From Eubacteriales bacterium (GTDB lineage: Bacteria; Bacillota; Clostridia; Christensenellales; UBA1750): a stretch of 64,000 nucleotides of DNA. How positions within the stretch are numbered: position 1 is the first letter of the stretch; each line of letters starts with the position of its first letter. The DNA is taken from contig JAVBLU010000017.1 of the NCBI GenBank assembly GCA_031553225.1, positions 4,375 to 68,374 of the forward strand. Direction: 5' to 3'. Below the pieces are notes generated by a model, which had not been told where the DNA came from, did no database searches, and worked only from the letters and a program-made list of their open reading frames with translations. Shown piece by piece: positions 27,979 to 40,912 of the stretch. The translations under genes were made by a program, and so were the position numbers.

Positions 27979-28956
27979 TTGAACCAGATGGAAATCAAGA
28001 CGACCCGCGTCGTGAACGTGGACTCGGCCGACCACCTCTCATCGCTCTTTGGCAACTACGACGAGAACGTCCGCGTGATTGAGGAAGAGCTGGGCGTGGA
28101 GATCAAGACGCGCGACACGCAGATTGTGGTGGCGGGCGATCCGTCCGCCTCGGAAGTGGCGGAGGTGGTCGTGCGCAAGCTGATCGGCATGATCAGCCGC
28201 CGCGAGAGCGTGGACAAGACGCGCATCCGCTATGCCGTAGGCCTTGCGCGCGCCGGAAAGGCCGACCTGATCGAAACAATTCCCCAGGACGTTGTCGCCA
28301 TCACCAGCCGCGGCAAGCCCGTGCGCTGCAAGACGTTGGGGCAAAAGCAGTACGTGGAGGCCATGCGCCGCAACACGCTCACCTTCGCCATTGGCCCGGC
28401 CGGCACGGGCAAGACGTATCTGGCCATGTGCATGGCCGTGGTGGCGCTCAAAAACAAAGAGGTGGAGCGTATCATCCTCACCCGCCCGGCGGTGGAGGCG
28501 GGCGAGCGACTTGGGTTTTTGCCGGGCGACTTGCAGTCCAAGGTGGATCCGTACCTGCGCCCGCTCTACGACGCCCTGCACGAGCTGCTCGGAGCGGAGT
28601 CGTACGCGCGCCTGCAGGAGCGGGGGCAGATCGAGGTGGCGCCCCTGGCGTACATGCGGGGCCGCACGCTCTCCGACGCCTACATCATTTTGGACGAGGC
28701 GCAGAACACCACGCAGGAACAAATGAAAATGTTCCTGACGCGCTTTGGCTTTGGGTCGAAGGTGGTCGTCACGGGCGACACCACGCAGATTGACCTGCCG
28801 GACGGGCGCAGAAGCGGGCTGCTGCAGGCCGTCGACGTGCTGCGCGGCATCGAAAACATCGCCGTGTCGCAGCTGACGCATCGCGACGTGGTGCGCCACG
28901 AGCTGGTTCAGCTCATCGTACGAGCCTACGAGAAGGCCGACAGGCGCGAACGTTAA
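27979..28956 (+). CDS. phoH: PhoH-like ATPase
   Basis: GPAGTGKT, RPAVEAGE, YMRGRTL, DEAQN; start approximate. Confidence 0.93.
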   Translation: MNQMEIKTTRVVNVDSADHLSSLFGNYDENVRVIEEELGVEIKTRDTQIVVAGDPSASEVAEVVVRKLIGMISRRESVDKTRIRYAVGLARAGKADLIETIPQDVVAITSRGKPVRCKTLGQKQYVEAMRRNTLTFAIGPAGTGKTYLAMCMAVVALKNKEVERIILTRPAVEAGERLGFLPGDLQSKVDPYLRPLYDALHELLGAESYARLQERGQIEVAPLAYMRGRTLSDAYIILDEAQNTTQEQMKMFLTRFGFGSKVVVTGDTTQIDLPDGRRSGLLQAVDVLRGIENIAVSQLTHRDVVRHELVQLIVRAYEKADRRER

Positions 28957-29041
28957 GGTTACCCAGCAGCGCGGGCGGACAGCCTAATGACGATAAAGCA
29001 GGCTGCGCTTGAGCAGCCCATCAAAAGAAGGCGGTGAGCAT

Positions 29042-31276
29042 ATGGCCGGTGAAAAACACAACAACGCCGTGTCGCGCTTTTTGCACAGCCCCATGCTGCC
29101 CGGCCTGAGCATCGGCGCATTATGCGCGCTCTTGTGCTTCGCCATGCTGGCGCTTACGCTCACCCCCAAGCAGTATTCCCTGCACGTGGGCGAGGTGGCC
29201 AGCGAGACGCTCAACGCCACGCGGGAGATTGAGGACCGCGTGACCACGCAGAAGCAGAAGGATCTGGCGGCCGCGTCGGTGCCCAAGGAGAACCAGCGCG
29301 ACGCGGTGGTGTCGATGACGGTGCTCAGCCAGTTCCAGGGGATCATGTCGGCGCTGGACGACCAGCGCGCCCAGGCGAACAACCTGCTGGCACCGCTGCG
29401 CGTACAGTTTGAAGGCTCGGCCTTCACCGAACAGGCCGAGCGCGTGCTGGGCGCCGCCTACATTCAAAGCGTGCGCCAGGATCTGCCCATCCAGCTGGAC
29501 GACGTGCAGATCAAATCGCTGTTGTACTGCGCGCCCGCCGAGTTTCAGGCCGTTTCGGCCGCGGCCGACGCGGCCATGCGCCAGGTGATGCAGACCGGCA
29601 TTCTGCAGGGCCAAACCGAGGAGGGCGTGGCGCGCGTCATGTCCGACCTGAGCAAGCAGACCTCCCTTGCCCCGGCGCTGCTGCCCATCGTGGAGGCGGG
29701 CGTGCGTACGAGCATCCAGCCCAACGTCTCCTTTGACGAGGCCGCGTATGAAAAGAAGGTGCAGGAGGCCGTGGGCGCCGTGGTGCCCAAGGTGTACAAG
29801 ATGGGCGAGGTGATCGTGCGCGAGGGCGACGTGGTCACCCAGGCGCAGATCGACGTGCTGCTTGAGCTGGGGCTTTTGTCCGAGCAGCTGCCAACGCCCC
29901 TGTATATCGGCCTGTTCGCCATGACGCTGCTGCTGAGCACCGTGGTGCTCGTGTACCTGCTCATCTTCGACCGCGAGATCATTCTGTCTCCCAGGCAGAT
30001 GCTGCTGTTCAGCGTCATCATCCTCGTCACGCTCGCCCTGTCCATGGCGCTCTCGCGCATCAACGCCTTCTTCATCCCCATGCAGCTGGGCGTGCTGCTC
30101 ATCGCGCTGCTTTTCAAGCCGCGACTCGCCCTCGTCACCAACACGGCGCTGGCGGTGCTCATGGGCACGGCATGCGTCGGGTCGGCCGGGCTGTTCTCCA
30201 TTGCCATGTTCGAGCTGACGCTTACGTGCGTTGTGGGCGGGTCGCTGGCAGTATTCCTCGTGCGGCGCGCCGTGCAGCGTTCCGGCCTGGTGCTGGCGGG
30301 CGTGGGCATCGGGTTTTCCAATCTGGCGTGCATGCTGGCACTGGGGCTGCTGACCACATCCAAGACCACGGCGTTGTTCTCCTCGGCCGCCTGGGCCATG
30401 TGCGGGGGTTTCCTTTCCGCCGTGCTGGCGCTGGGGCTCATGCCGCTGTTTGAGTATATCTTCGGGCTGCTTACGCCTTCCAAGCTTCTGGAGCTGTCCA
30501 ACCCCAATCAGCCGTTGCTGCGCAGGCTGATGCTGGAAGCGCCCGGCACCTATCACCACAGCGTGCTTGTGGCGAACCTGGCGGAGGCGGCTGTGGAGGA
30601 AGTGGGCGGCAACGAGCTGCTCGCGCGCGTGGGCGCCTACTACCACGACGTGGGCAAGCTGAAGCGCCCGCTGTACTTCGGGGAAAATCAACTGGGCGGA
30701 GACAACCCGCACGACAGAATGGAACCGCAGGTATCGGCCGCCATCCTCACCGTACACCCGCGCGACGGCATGGCCCTGGCGCAGAAGGAGCGTCTGCCCG
30801 GCGCGATTCTGGACATTATCCAGCAGCACCACGGCAACAGCTGTACGGCCTATTTTTACCACAAAGCCTGTCAGCTGCAGGGCGAGCAGAACGTGGACCA
30901 GCAAGATTACCGCTACGACGGCCCGCGCCCCCAAACGCGCGAGGCGGCCATCATCATGCTGGCGGACACCACCGAGGCGGCCGTGCGCTCGATGACCGAC
31001 CACGCCAAGGACAAGATGGAGGCCTTCGTGGCCAAGCTCATCCAGGGCAAACTGGAGGACGGGCAGCTGGACGAGGCGCCGCTCACCCTGCGCGATCTGC
31101 GCCTCATCGGCAAGGCGTTTTGCTCGGTGCTTGCGGGCATCTACCACGAGCGGGTGGAGTACCCCACCATCGAATCGCTTCGGCCGCACCGCGCTTTGCC
31201 CGGCCACATGACCTACCGTATCTCCGGCGAGCGCGTCACCGGCACGCAAACCGAGGAAGGGCCAGTGCGCGAATGA
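29042..31276 (+). CDS. pgpH: 7TM-HD (HDIG) membrane phosphohydrolase, PgpH-like c-di-AMP phosphodiesterase
   Basis: Extracellular domain, about 7 TM, EAPGTYHHS, YYHDVGK, QHHG, MLADT.EAA; lies between phoH and ybeY. Confidence 0.8.
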   Translation: MAGEKHNNAVSRFLHSPMLPGLSIGALCALLCFAMLALTLTPKQYSLHVGEVASETLNATREIEDRVTTQKQKDLAAASVPKENQRDAVVSMTVLSQFQGIMSALDDQRAQANNLLAPLRVQFEGSAFTEQAERVLGAAYIQSVRQDLPIQLDDVQIKSLLYCAPAEFQAVSAAADAAMRQVMQTGILQGQTEEGVARVMSDLSKQTSLAPALLPIVEAGVRTSIQPNVSFDEAAYEKKVQEAVGAVVPKVYKMGEVIVREGDVVTQAQIDVLLELGLLSEQLPTPLYIGLFAMTLLLSTVVLVYLLIFDREIILSPRQMLLFSVIILVTLALSMALSRINAFFIPMQLGVLLIALLFKPRLALVTNTALAVLMGTACVGSAGLFSIAMFELTLTCVVGGSLAVFLVRRAVQRSGLVLAGVGIGFSNLACMLALGLLTTSKTTALFSSAAWAMCGGFLSAVLALGLMPLFEYIFGLLTPSKLLELSNPNQPLLRRLMLEAPGTYHHSVLVANLAEAAVEEVGGNELLARVGAYYHDVGKLKRPLYFGENQLGGDNPHDRMEPQVSAAILTVHPRDGMALAQKERLPGAILDIIQQHHGNSCTAYFYHKACQLQGEQNVDQQDYRYDGPRPQTREAAIIMLADTTEAAVRSMTDHAKDKMEAFVAKLIQGKLEDGQLDEAPLTLRDLRLIGKAFCSVLAGIYHERVEYPTIESLRPHRALPGHMTYRISGERVTGTQTEEGPVRE

Positions 31277-31782
31277 AACAGCTGAGCATCGACCGCGACA
31301 ACCGTGCGGGCGACGGCGCGGAGGCGCTGTGGCCGTGCGTCGAGCGCGCCTTTGCGGCGGCCTTTGCCAATAGGTGCCCCGGCCTGCCCGTGCAGATTGG
31401 CGTGGTGCTCGTGGGCGGCGAGGAGATGGCGGCCATCAACCGCGACGCGCGGGGTGTGGACGCCGTAACCGACGTTCTCTCCTTTCCGCTCGTGCGCCTG
31501 CGCGCCCCGGCGGATGAGGCGCGGCTGGCCCGCGCCCCGCGGGACCCGGAGAGCGGGGGCGTCGCCCTGGGCGACGTGGCGCTGTGCCTCACGCGCGCCG
31601 CGCAGCAGGCCGAGGAGTACGGCCACTCCTTTGAGCGCGAGCTGTCTTACCTTTGCGTGCACGCGGCGCTGCACCTGCTTGGCTTCGATCACCTGTGCGA
31701 CAAGGACAGGCGGCTCATGCGCGGGGAGGAAGAGCACATCCTGTCGCACATTGGCCAAACGCGCGGGGAGGCGGAGGAATGA
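31273..31782 (+). CDS. ybeY: rRNA maturation endoribonuclease YbeY
   Basis: TDVLSFP and HAALHLLGFDH. Confidence 0.93.
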   Translation: MKQLSIDRDNRAGDGAEALWPCVERAFAAAFANRCPGLPVQIGVVLVGGEEMAAINRDARGVDAVTDVLSFPLVRLRAPADEARLARAPRDPESGGVALGDVALCLTRAAQQAEEYGHSFERELSYLCVHAALHLLGFDHLCDKDRRLMRGEEEHILSHIGQTRGEAEE

Positions 31783-32162
31783 CCGCGGCCGACCTCGCGT
31801 TGCTGGCCCTGAAGGCGCGGGAAAACGCTTACGCCCCTTACTCGGGATTTGCCGTGGGCGCGGCGCTTTTGTGCGCCGACGGCCGCGTGTTTACAGGCGC
31901 GAACGTGGAATGCGCCAGCTTTGGCATGACCATCTGCGCCGAACGCTCGGCGCTATGCGCCGCCGTATCTGCGGGCGCGCGGTGCTTTACCGCCGTCGCC
32001 GTGGCCGCCAAGACGCCGCCCTGGCCGTGCGGGGCATGCCGCCAGATGCTCATGGAGTTTTCGCCAGATATGGCCGTGTACGCCGTCGCACCCGAAGGCT
32101 TGCCTATGCAGGCGCGGCTTGCCGATCTGCTGCCCCATGCCTTTACGCCGGCCAGCCTGTAG
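31779..32162 (+). CDS. cdd: Cytidine deaminase
   Basis: AYAPYS.F.VGAA, CAERSA, PCGACRQ. Confidence 0.93.
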   Translation: MTAADLALLALKARENAYAPYSGFAVGAALLCADGRVFTGANVECASFGMTICAERSALCAAVSAGARCFTAVAVAAKTPPWPCGACRQMLMEFSPDMAVYAVAPEGLPMQARLADLLPHAFTPASL

Positions 32163-32201
32163 GCGGCCGCCATCAACAAAACAAAGCGAGGAAGTATAAA
32201 A

Positions 32202-33086
32202 TTGGCTGAATTTCACTCGGGGTTTGTGGCGCTGCTCGGCCGACCGAACGTGGGCAAGTCCACGCTGATGAACCGGCTTGTGGGGCAGAAGGTGGCCATC
32301 GTCTCCCCGAGGCCGCAAACCACGCGCAACCGCATCATGGGCGTTGTGACCAAGGAGAATGCCCAAATGGTGCTGCTCGACACGCCCGGCCTGCACACGC
32401 CGCGCACGAAGCTTGGCGAGCGCATGATGAAAGAGGCGCGCGACGCCCTGCAGGACATCGACGGCCTGCTGCTGCTTGTGGACGCGGGCGATTTTCGCGA
32501 CGAGGACCGCCGCCTGATCGACGCCTACGCCGCGCAGCGCTGTCCCAAGGCCGTGGCGGTGAACAAAATCGACGAAGCGCCGCGCGAGCAGGTGGCCCGT
32601 GCGCTTGCGCGCCTGAACGACGCTGCCGTCAAGGATATCTACCCAATCAGCGCGCGCACGGGCGAGGGCGTGGAGGAGCTCTTCCAGCTCATGCTCTCAT
32701 GGCTGCCCGAGGGCCCGCGCTACTTTCCCGATGACATGGTGACCGACAAGCCCGAGCGCTTCTTTATCGCCGAGCTCGTGCGGGAAAAAGCGCTCATCCA
32801 CTTGCGCGAGGAGGTGCCGCACGGCGTGGGCGTGGAGGTGCAGTCCATGTCCACCACGCCGAGCGGGCTGTGCGAGATCCACGCCGCCATCTACTGCGAG
32901 CGGGATGCGCACAAGGGCATTCTCATCGGCAAACAGGGCTCCATGCTGCGCACCATCGGTCAGGAAGCCCGCGCCGATATCGAAAAAATGCTGGGCGCGC
33001 GCGTGGATCTGCGGCTGTTTGTGAAGGTGCGCGAGCGCTGGCGCGACTCGAACGACGCCCTGCGCGACCTGGGATACGACGACTAA
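32202..33086 (+). CDS. era: GTPase Era
   Basis: GRPNVGKST, QTTR, DTPG, NKID, KH domain (GKQG). Confidence 0.96.
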   Translation: MAEFHSGFVALLGRPNVGKSTLMNRLVGQKVAIVSPRPQTTRNRIMGVVTKENAQMVLLDTPGLHTPRTKLGERMMKEARDALQDIDGLLLLVDAGDFRDEDRRLIDAYAAQRCPKAVAVNKIDEAPREQVARALARLNDAAVKDIYPISARTGEGVEELFQLMLSWLPEGPRYFPDDMVTDKPERFFIAELVREKALIHLREEVPHGVGVEVQSMSTTPSGLCEIHAAIYCERDAHKGILIGKQGSMLRTIGQEARADIEKMLGARVDLRLFVKVRERWRDSNDALRDLGYDD

Positions 33087-33204
33087 AACACTGCCAGGCG
33101 AGCGCATCTCTTCCTCTCGTCCCTTCATTTGCATGGCTTGCCCCGCAGGATGCGGGCAAACTAGCAGTGAAGAAAGCGGTTGCGCGCGAGAGGAATGAGA
33201 CGGG

Positions 33205-33342
33205 TTGGACCAAAACGGCGGCCTAGGATTCTACGGCAGCGGTTATCCTGGCGATTTCACGTACTTTATGGCCTTCCGGGCGCTCCACAGGGAGTCGGAC
33301 CGAGATCGTAAACGCCGTGAACTGGCGGAGAAGCTGCGCTAA
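33205..33342 (+). CDS. Putative 45-aa small protein at the yqzL position
   Basis: TTG..TAA ORF MDQNGGLGFYGSGYPGDFTYFMAFRALHRESDRDRKRRELAEKLR between era and recO; GAGAGGA upstream. Confidence 0.45.
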   Translation: MDQNGGLGFYGSGYPGDFTYFMAFRALHRESDRDRKRRELAEKLR

Positions 33343-33417
33343 TCACAGTGCCTTGCACATGATTGCGCCATCCATTTGCTAACGCCGCTTTCCTTCACGC
33401 CGGGCAAGAGGAGGAGC

Positions 33418-34143
33418 ATGGGCTACCTACTCACGGACGCACTGACGCTTCGTGCCGTGGACTACAAAGACCACGACCGTCTGCTCATGCTCCTCACGCC
33501 CGATCACGGCGTCGTGGACGCTATCGCTCGCGGCTGCAGGCGGCAAAATTCGCCGTTGCTGGCGGCCGGGAGCGTTTTCATATCCGGAGAGTTTGCCCTG
33601 TTTGAACGCGGAGGCCGCTACAGCGTGCAAAGCTGCCACGTGCACGACGCGTTTTATCCGCTGCGCGCCGATTTGGACGCCCTGGAGAACGCGGCCTACT
33701 GCGCCAGATGGTGCGCCTTCGCCGCGCAGCCCAATCAGAGCGCGCCCGACCTGCACCGCCTGATCCTGTCGGCTCTGGCCTTCTTCGCTTATGGCGAAGC
33801 GCGGCCCGGCCGCGTGACAGCGGTGTTTTTGGCGCATCTGTGCGCGCTGCTGGGCGTAGCCCCCATCGCCGAGCGATGCGCCGCGTGCGGCGGCGCATTG
33901 GCCGGGCTGGTGCGCTGGGATCCCGCGTCGGGCGGTGCGGTGTGCGCTTCCTGCCGCACAGGGCGGCCGCTTCCGGAGGCTACGCCCGGCGCTCTGTCCG
34001 CCGTGCGGGCCTGCCTGCGCACGCCCTCGCGCGATATAACCGCGCTGGACGCCCCGGACGAGGATGTGCGGCAGGCCCGCGCGCTGCTGCGTTTCCACCT
34101 GGAGGCCCTGCTGGGCGTTCCGCCCGACCGGCCGCTGAAGTAG
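33418..34143 (+). CDS. recO: DNA repair protein RecO
   Basis: LR..DY.DHDR..LLT..G...IARG and C-terminal CxxC..CxxC; GAGGAG RBS; era synteny. Confidence 0.9.
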   Translation: MGYLLTDALTLRAVDYKDHDRLLMLLTPDHGVVDAIARGCRRQNSPLLAAGSVFISGEFALFERGGRYSVQSCHVHDAFYPLRADLDALENAAYCARWCAFAAQPNQSAPDLHRLILSALAFFAYGEARPGRVTAVFLAHLCALLGVAPIAERCAACGGALAGLVRWDPASGGAVCASCRTGRPLPEATPGALSAVRACLRTPSRDITALDAPDEDVRQARALLRFHLEALLGVPPDRPLK

Positions 34144-34347
34144 CCGGCGGCTTGTTCCTGCGTCCCTAAAAAGACGAACATTCTGTGCGATATCGCCGCT
34201 CATGCATTGATTTGCCGCGCTTTATCGCGTATAATACCCTTTAGCCCAAGTCTGGGCGTATTCGGCGTCGGACGGGGTATTGGCGGGATTCCGGATCTGT
34301 GGGAAGCACACGACGCTCCTGACGGTCTGACATAAGAACGGAGGAAC

Positions 34348-37008
<2,661 letters not shown>

Positions 37009-37028
37009 TCCTATCGGTCCTGCGTCAA

Positions 37029-37064
37029 AGACGGCGCGGCGGGAAACCCCCCGCGCCGTCTTTT
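37029..37064 (+). terminator. Intrinsic terminator after ppdK
   Basis: AAGACGGCGCGG...CCGCGCCGTCTTTT. Confidence 0.75.
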
Positions 37065-37159
37065 CCTGCCCGGACATAATAATGGCCCGCCGCATGTGCG
37101 GCGGGCTTGCCATTGAACTGAAGCGCTATTTACAAACAGCCAAGCGGCGTATAATCGGT

Positions 37160-37474
37160 TTAGTTGGGCAGCGCGCCCACGGAGGTTACCGCGGCCCTTT
37201 TGGCCAGCAGAAGGTAGCGGGGAAGGGTTAAAAGCGTTGCGACCACGGCGGCCAGCAGGAAGGGCGTATAGGGCGAGAGGGGGTTCCCGACCAGGTTGAC
37301 GGCTGCCATGCCGGAGACGGCGCCATAGGGCACGGCCTCGGTGATGCTCACCTCGCCCGGCGCGGTGGAGGGCGTGGCCGAAGCGAACACGGTGGACGTG
37401 CAGCCGAGCAGCAGCGCGGCCATCAAGCAAAGGCCGACGATTGCCCGCACACAGGTACCGCGACGAATCATCAT
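37160..37474 (-). CDS. Small hypothetical exported/membrane protein
   Basis: Signal-like N-terminus, C-terminal TM plus basic residues, AAAGGA RBS. Confidence 0.5.
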   Translation of the reverse strand: MMIRRGTCVRAIVGLCLMAALLLGCTSTVFASATPSTAPGEVSITEAVPYGAVSGMAAVNLVGNPLSPYTPFLLAAVVATLLTLPRYLLLAKRAAVTSVGALPN

Positions 37475-37949
37475 GGGGACCATCCTTTCCGTACGGTGCG
37501 GGGCGAATCCCCGCGTTCCGGGCAGCATCCATGCTTACCCGCATAGGCTTTATGCTTGTATTGTACCAATCAAAAGGAAAAATGCAAGGCCTCCCTTTCG
37601 ACTCGAAACCGCCCAAACCTCATCGCTGCAGAAGGAAGCGCGCTGCGAGAAGGCTGATGTGACCAACGGCGCCTTGCCGCTGGATTTTGAACGCCGTGTT
37701 TTGAACGGTGCGGCTCAAATATGAACGCGTGAATGGGGCGTACGAGAACCGCTTGTCGAAAAAGTGCGAAATCTTCTTTGGAAAAGATTGCCGCGTGAAT
37801 GCGGGTGCCGGGGCGCACGGCGCATTTCCTCGGTGCTTCATGTGTATTATCGAACGTGCGCGGGGAAACCTTTAGCGCTGCGATTCTTATGCGCTAGAAG
37901 GAATATCGCTCTTTCGTGTCGTACATACGCATGCAAAGGAGGCGGGCGC

Positions 37950-38957
37950 ATGACGGTTCGGCAACGGCTGGAGGCCTGGGAGGCGGAACGCATGCACCCC
38001 CTGGCGGCACTGTCCGCCCGCACGAAGGGGCGCGAGCGCCCCATCACGAAGGACGAGCTGCGCACGGAGTTTCAGCGCGACCGTGACCGCATCCTGCACA
38101 GCAAGGCCTTTCGGCGGCTCAAACACAAAACGCAGTGTTTCCTGTCGCCCGAGGGCGACCACTTTCGCACGCGGCTGACGCATACGCTGGAGGTGCAGCA
38201 GATCGCCCGCACCATCGCCCGGGCCGTCCGCCTCAACGAGGATCTGGCCGAGGCGATCGCCCTGGGGCACGACCTGGGACACACGCCTTTCGGGCATATG
38301 GGCGAGCGCACCCTGGACCGCCTCAGCTCCGCTATCGGCGGGTTTGCGCACAACGAGCAATCCCTGCGCGTGGTCACGCTTCTGGAAGGACCGGGCGGGC
38401 TGAACCTGACGCACGAGGTGCGCGAGGGCATTGTGTGCCACACGGGCGGAAAACAGGCGGACACGCTGGAGGGCCGCGTGGTTGCCCTGTCCGACCGCAT
38501 CGCCTACATCAACCACGACATCGACGACGGGCTGCGCGCGGGCGTCATCGCCGCCGCAGACCTGCCCAAAGCGCCCCTGGAGCTGCTTGGCGGCACGCAC
38601 GGCGAGCGCATCAACCGCATGGTGCTGGACGCGGTCGCCGCCTTTGAGCAGACGGGCACAATCGGCCTTTCCGCCCCGGTGCAGCAAGCCACCGACGAAC
38701 TGCGCTCCTTCCTCTTTCAGGCCATCTACTACGCAGAGCGCGCCATGCGCGAGGAACGCAAAGCCAACCGCATGCTCGAGCTGCTCTACCAGCATTTTCT
38801 GCGCGGCGAGAGCGCCCTGCCGGCGGACGTGACGCCCTTCCTGGATCAATCGCCCCGCGAAAGGGTGGTGTGCGACTATATCGCCGGCATGACCGACCGT
38901 TTCGCCGTTAACCTCTTCGAGCGTATCTTCGTGCCCCTGTCCGAACGCTCGCTGTAG
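37950..38957 (+). CDS. dgt: dGTP triphosphohydrolase-like HD protein
   Basis: FQRDRDRI, RTRLTH, HDLGH.PFGH.GE, DYIAGMTD. Confidence 0.93.
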   Translation: MTVRQRLEAWEAERMHPLAALSARTKGRERPITKDELRTEFQRDRDRILHSKAFRRLKHKTQCFLSPEGDHFRTRLTHTLEVQQIARTIARAVRLNEDLAEAIALGHDLGHTPFGHMGERTLDRLSSAIGGFAHNEQSLRVVTLLEGPGGLNLTHEVREGIVCHTGGKQADTLEGRVVALSDRIAYINHDIDDGLRAGVIAAADLPKAPLELLGGTHGERINRMVLDAVAAFEQTGTIGLSAPVQQATDELRSFLFQAIYYAERAMREERKANRMLELLYQHFLRGESALPADVTPFLDQSPRERVVCDYIAGMTDRFAVNLFERIFVPLSERSL

Positions 38958-39123
38958 TCTTTTTCCTGTCCGGCCCATTTCGGTATTACAAAGCGGCTGC
39001 CGACTTACATTTCTTAGCGGTTTGTGAGTCATCGTGGCGGGCTGCACAGTTTTCGCGCGGGGTGTTGCAGGAATCGGGGGGACCATGGCGAACAATTCTA
39101 TGACGCGAAACGGCGGTGAACGC

Positions 39124-40911
39124 GTGCCGAGATTCCAAGACGCCTGGCTGGACGAGCTACGGGCCCGGTGCGACATTGTGGATGTGGTGTCCGAGTACGT
39201 GCACCTGCAGCCCAAAGGCCGCCGGTATTGGGGCCTGTGTCCCTTCCACAACGAAAAAACGCCGTCCTTCTCGGTGAATGCCGACGCGCAGACCTACTAC
39301 TGCTTTGGCTGCCACGCGGGCGGCAACGTGTTTCATTTTGTGATGGCCACCGAGCGCATGCCCTTCGCCGAGGCTGTCATCCATCTGGCCGAACGGGCGC
39401 ATAGGCCCGTGCCGGACGCACCGGCAGGAACATCGCGCGAGGAGCGCGAGCGGCTGATGGCCGCCCTGACGAGCGCGGCGCGCTGGTACCGCGATCGGCT
39501 TTTCGCCCGCGAAGGTGAGGAAGCCATGGCCTATCTGCGTAGGCGGGGCCTTACGGAAGGCACCATTCGCAAATTTGGCCTTGGGGCGACCGGCCCCGGC
39601 TGGGACGGCCTTACCGAAGCGCTCATGCGCGAGGGCTTCGCGCCGGAAGAACTGCAAAAGGCCGGGCTGACCATTTTGAAAGAGGGCAAGCGTTACGACG
39701 CCTTCCGCGGCCGGGCGATGTTTCCCATCTTCGACGCGCAGGGCCGCGTCATCGCCTTTGGCGGCCGAATCCTTGGCGACGGCCAGCCCAAATACCTCAA
39801 CTCGTCCGATACGCCCGTCTTCAACAAGCGTTTCCATCTCTATGCGCTCAACTTTGTTAAAAAGCTGCGCGACCTTCGTGAGCTTTTGCTCGTTGAAGGG
39901 TATATGGATGTCGTGTCGCTGGCGCAAGCCGGTGTTCAGGGCGCGGTGGCGACGCTGGGCACGTCCATCACGGCCGACCAGGCCCGCCTGATGAAACGCT
40001 ACGCGCCAACGGTCACCGTGTGCTACGACGGCGACGAGCCCGGGCAGAAGGCCATCGCCAAAGCGTTGGACCTGCTGGAGGAGGCGGGCGCCGCGCCCAA
40101 AGTGCTGCGTCTGCCGGACGGTATGGACCCGGACGACGTCGTTCGCCGCGAGGGCAAGGAAGGCTTTGACGCCCTGCCCCGCACGGACGCCACCACCTGG
40201 CGGCTGGCGCGCGCGGCCGTGGGGATCGACCTTTCCGGCCAGGAGGGCCGCACTCAGTACGCCATCGACGCTTCGCGCATCCTTCGACGCCTGCATAACC
40301 CCGTGCAGATCGAGGAGCACCTGGGCCGCCTGAGCGTGCAAACCGGCTTCCCGCGCGAGGTGCTGCGCCAGCAGGTGGGGCAGATGGCCCTCGTCAACAT
40401 TTCCGCCTCCGAGCATACGGATGGAAAGAACCGGCATAATAACTCCGACCGCGGCGAGTTTTTGCCCGATCATCTGAAGGGCGAGCGCCAGTTGCTCGCG
40501 CTGATGGCCAAAGGCCTGCAGCTGCCGCCCGGCATCGTGGGCGCCGACGACTTTACCGATCCGCTGCACGCCCGCCTGGCGGCCCTCATCTTGCAGGGGG
40601 GGGCTGCGGCCGCGGCCCGTGGGATGGACGACTGGGCCGAGGAGGAACGCTCGCTAGCCGCGCAGATCCTCTCCACCGACCCGCTGTGTTCGCCCGACCA
40701 GATACCCGCGCATATGCGGCAGATTGCCGTCACCATGCGCATCGCCACTTTGGACAAGGAACTCGCACAGACGCGCGAGCGGCTGATGGCGAGCGATGCG
40801 GCGCCACAGGAGCAGATGGCGCTCGCCCAGCGCAAGGTGGCCATCGACATGGAGCGGCTGAGGCTGCTCCGTTTGCGAAAGACCGCTCTCATGCTTGAGG
40901 GGAGAGAATAG
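39124..40911 (+). CDS. dnaG: DNA primase
   Basis: CPFH.EKTPSF..CFGC, KYLNS, VEGYMDV, YDGD..G, DPD; start approximate. Confidence 0.96.
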   Translation: MPRFQDAWLDELRARCDIVDVVSEYVHLQPKGRRYWGLCPFHNEKTPSFSVNADAQTYYCFGCHAGGNVFHFVMATERMPFAEAVIHLAERAHRPVPDAPAGTSREERERLMAALTSAARWYRDRLFAREGEEAMAYLRRRGLTEGTIRKFGLGATGPGWDGLTEALMREGFAPEELQKAGLTILKEGKRYDAFRGRAMFPIFDAQGRVIAFGGRILGDGQPKYLNSSDTPVFNKRFHLYALNFVKKLRDLRELLLVEGYMDVVSLAQAGVQGAVATLGTSITADQARLMKRYAPTVTVCYDGDEPGQKAIAKALDLLEEAGAAPKVLRLPDGMDPDDVVRREGKEGFDALPRTDATTWRLARAAVGIDLSGQEGRTQYAIDASRILRRLHNPVQIEEHLGRLSVQTGFPREVLRQQVGQMALVNISASEHTDGKNRHNNSDRGEFLPDHLKGERQLLALMAKGLQLPPGIVGADDFTDPLHARLAALILQGGAAAAARGMDDWAEEERSLAAQILSTDPLCSPDQIPAHMRQIAVTMRIATLDKELAQTRERLMASDAAPQEQMALAQRKVAIDMERLRLLRLRKTALMLEGRE

Positions 40912-40912
40912 T

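Noticed and set aside
33283-33330. CCACAGGGAG and ACTGGCGGA resemble ZTP riboswitch elements
   Set aside because: The elements are in reverse order, there is no downstream GCCTGGGC pseudoknot partner, and the region is better explained by a small ORF.
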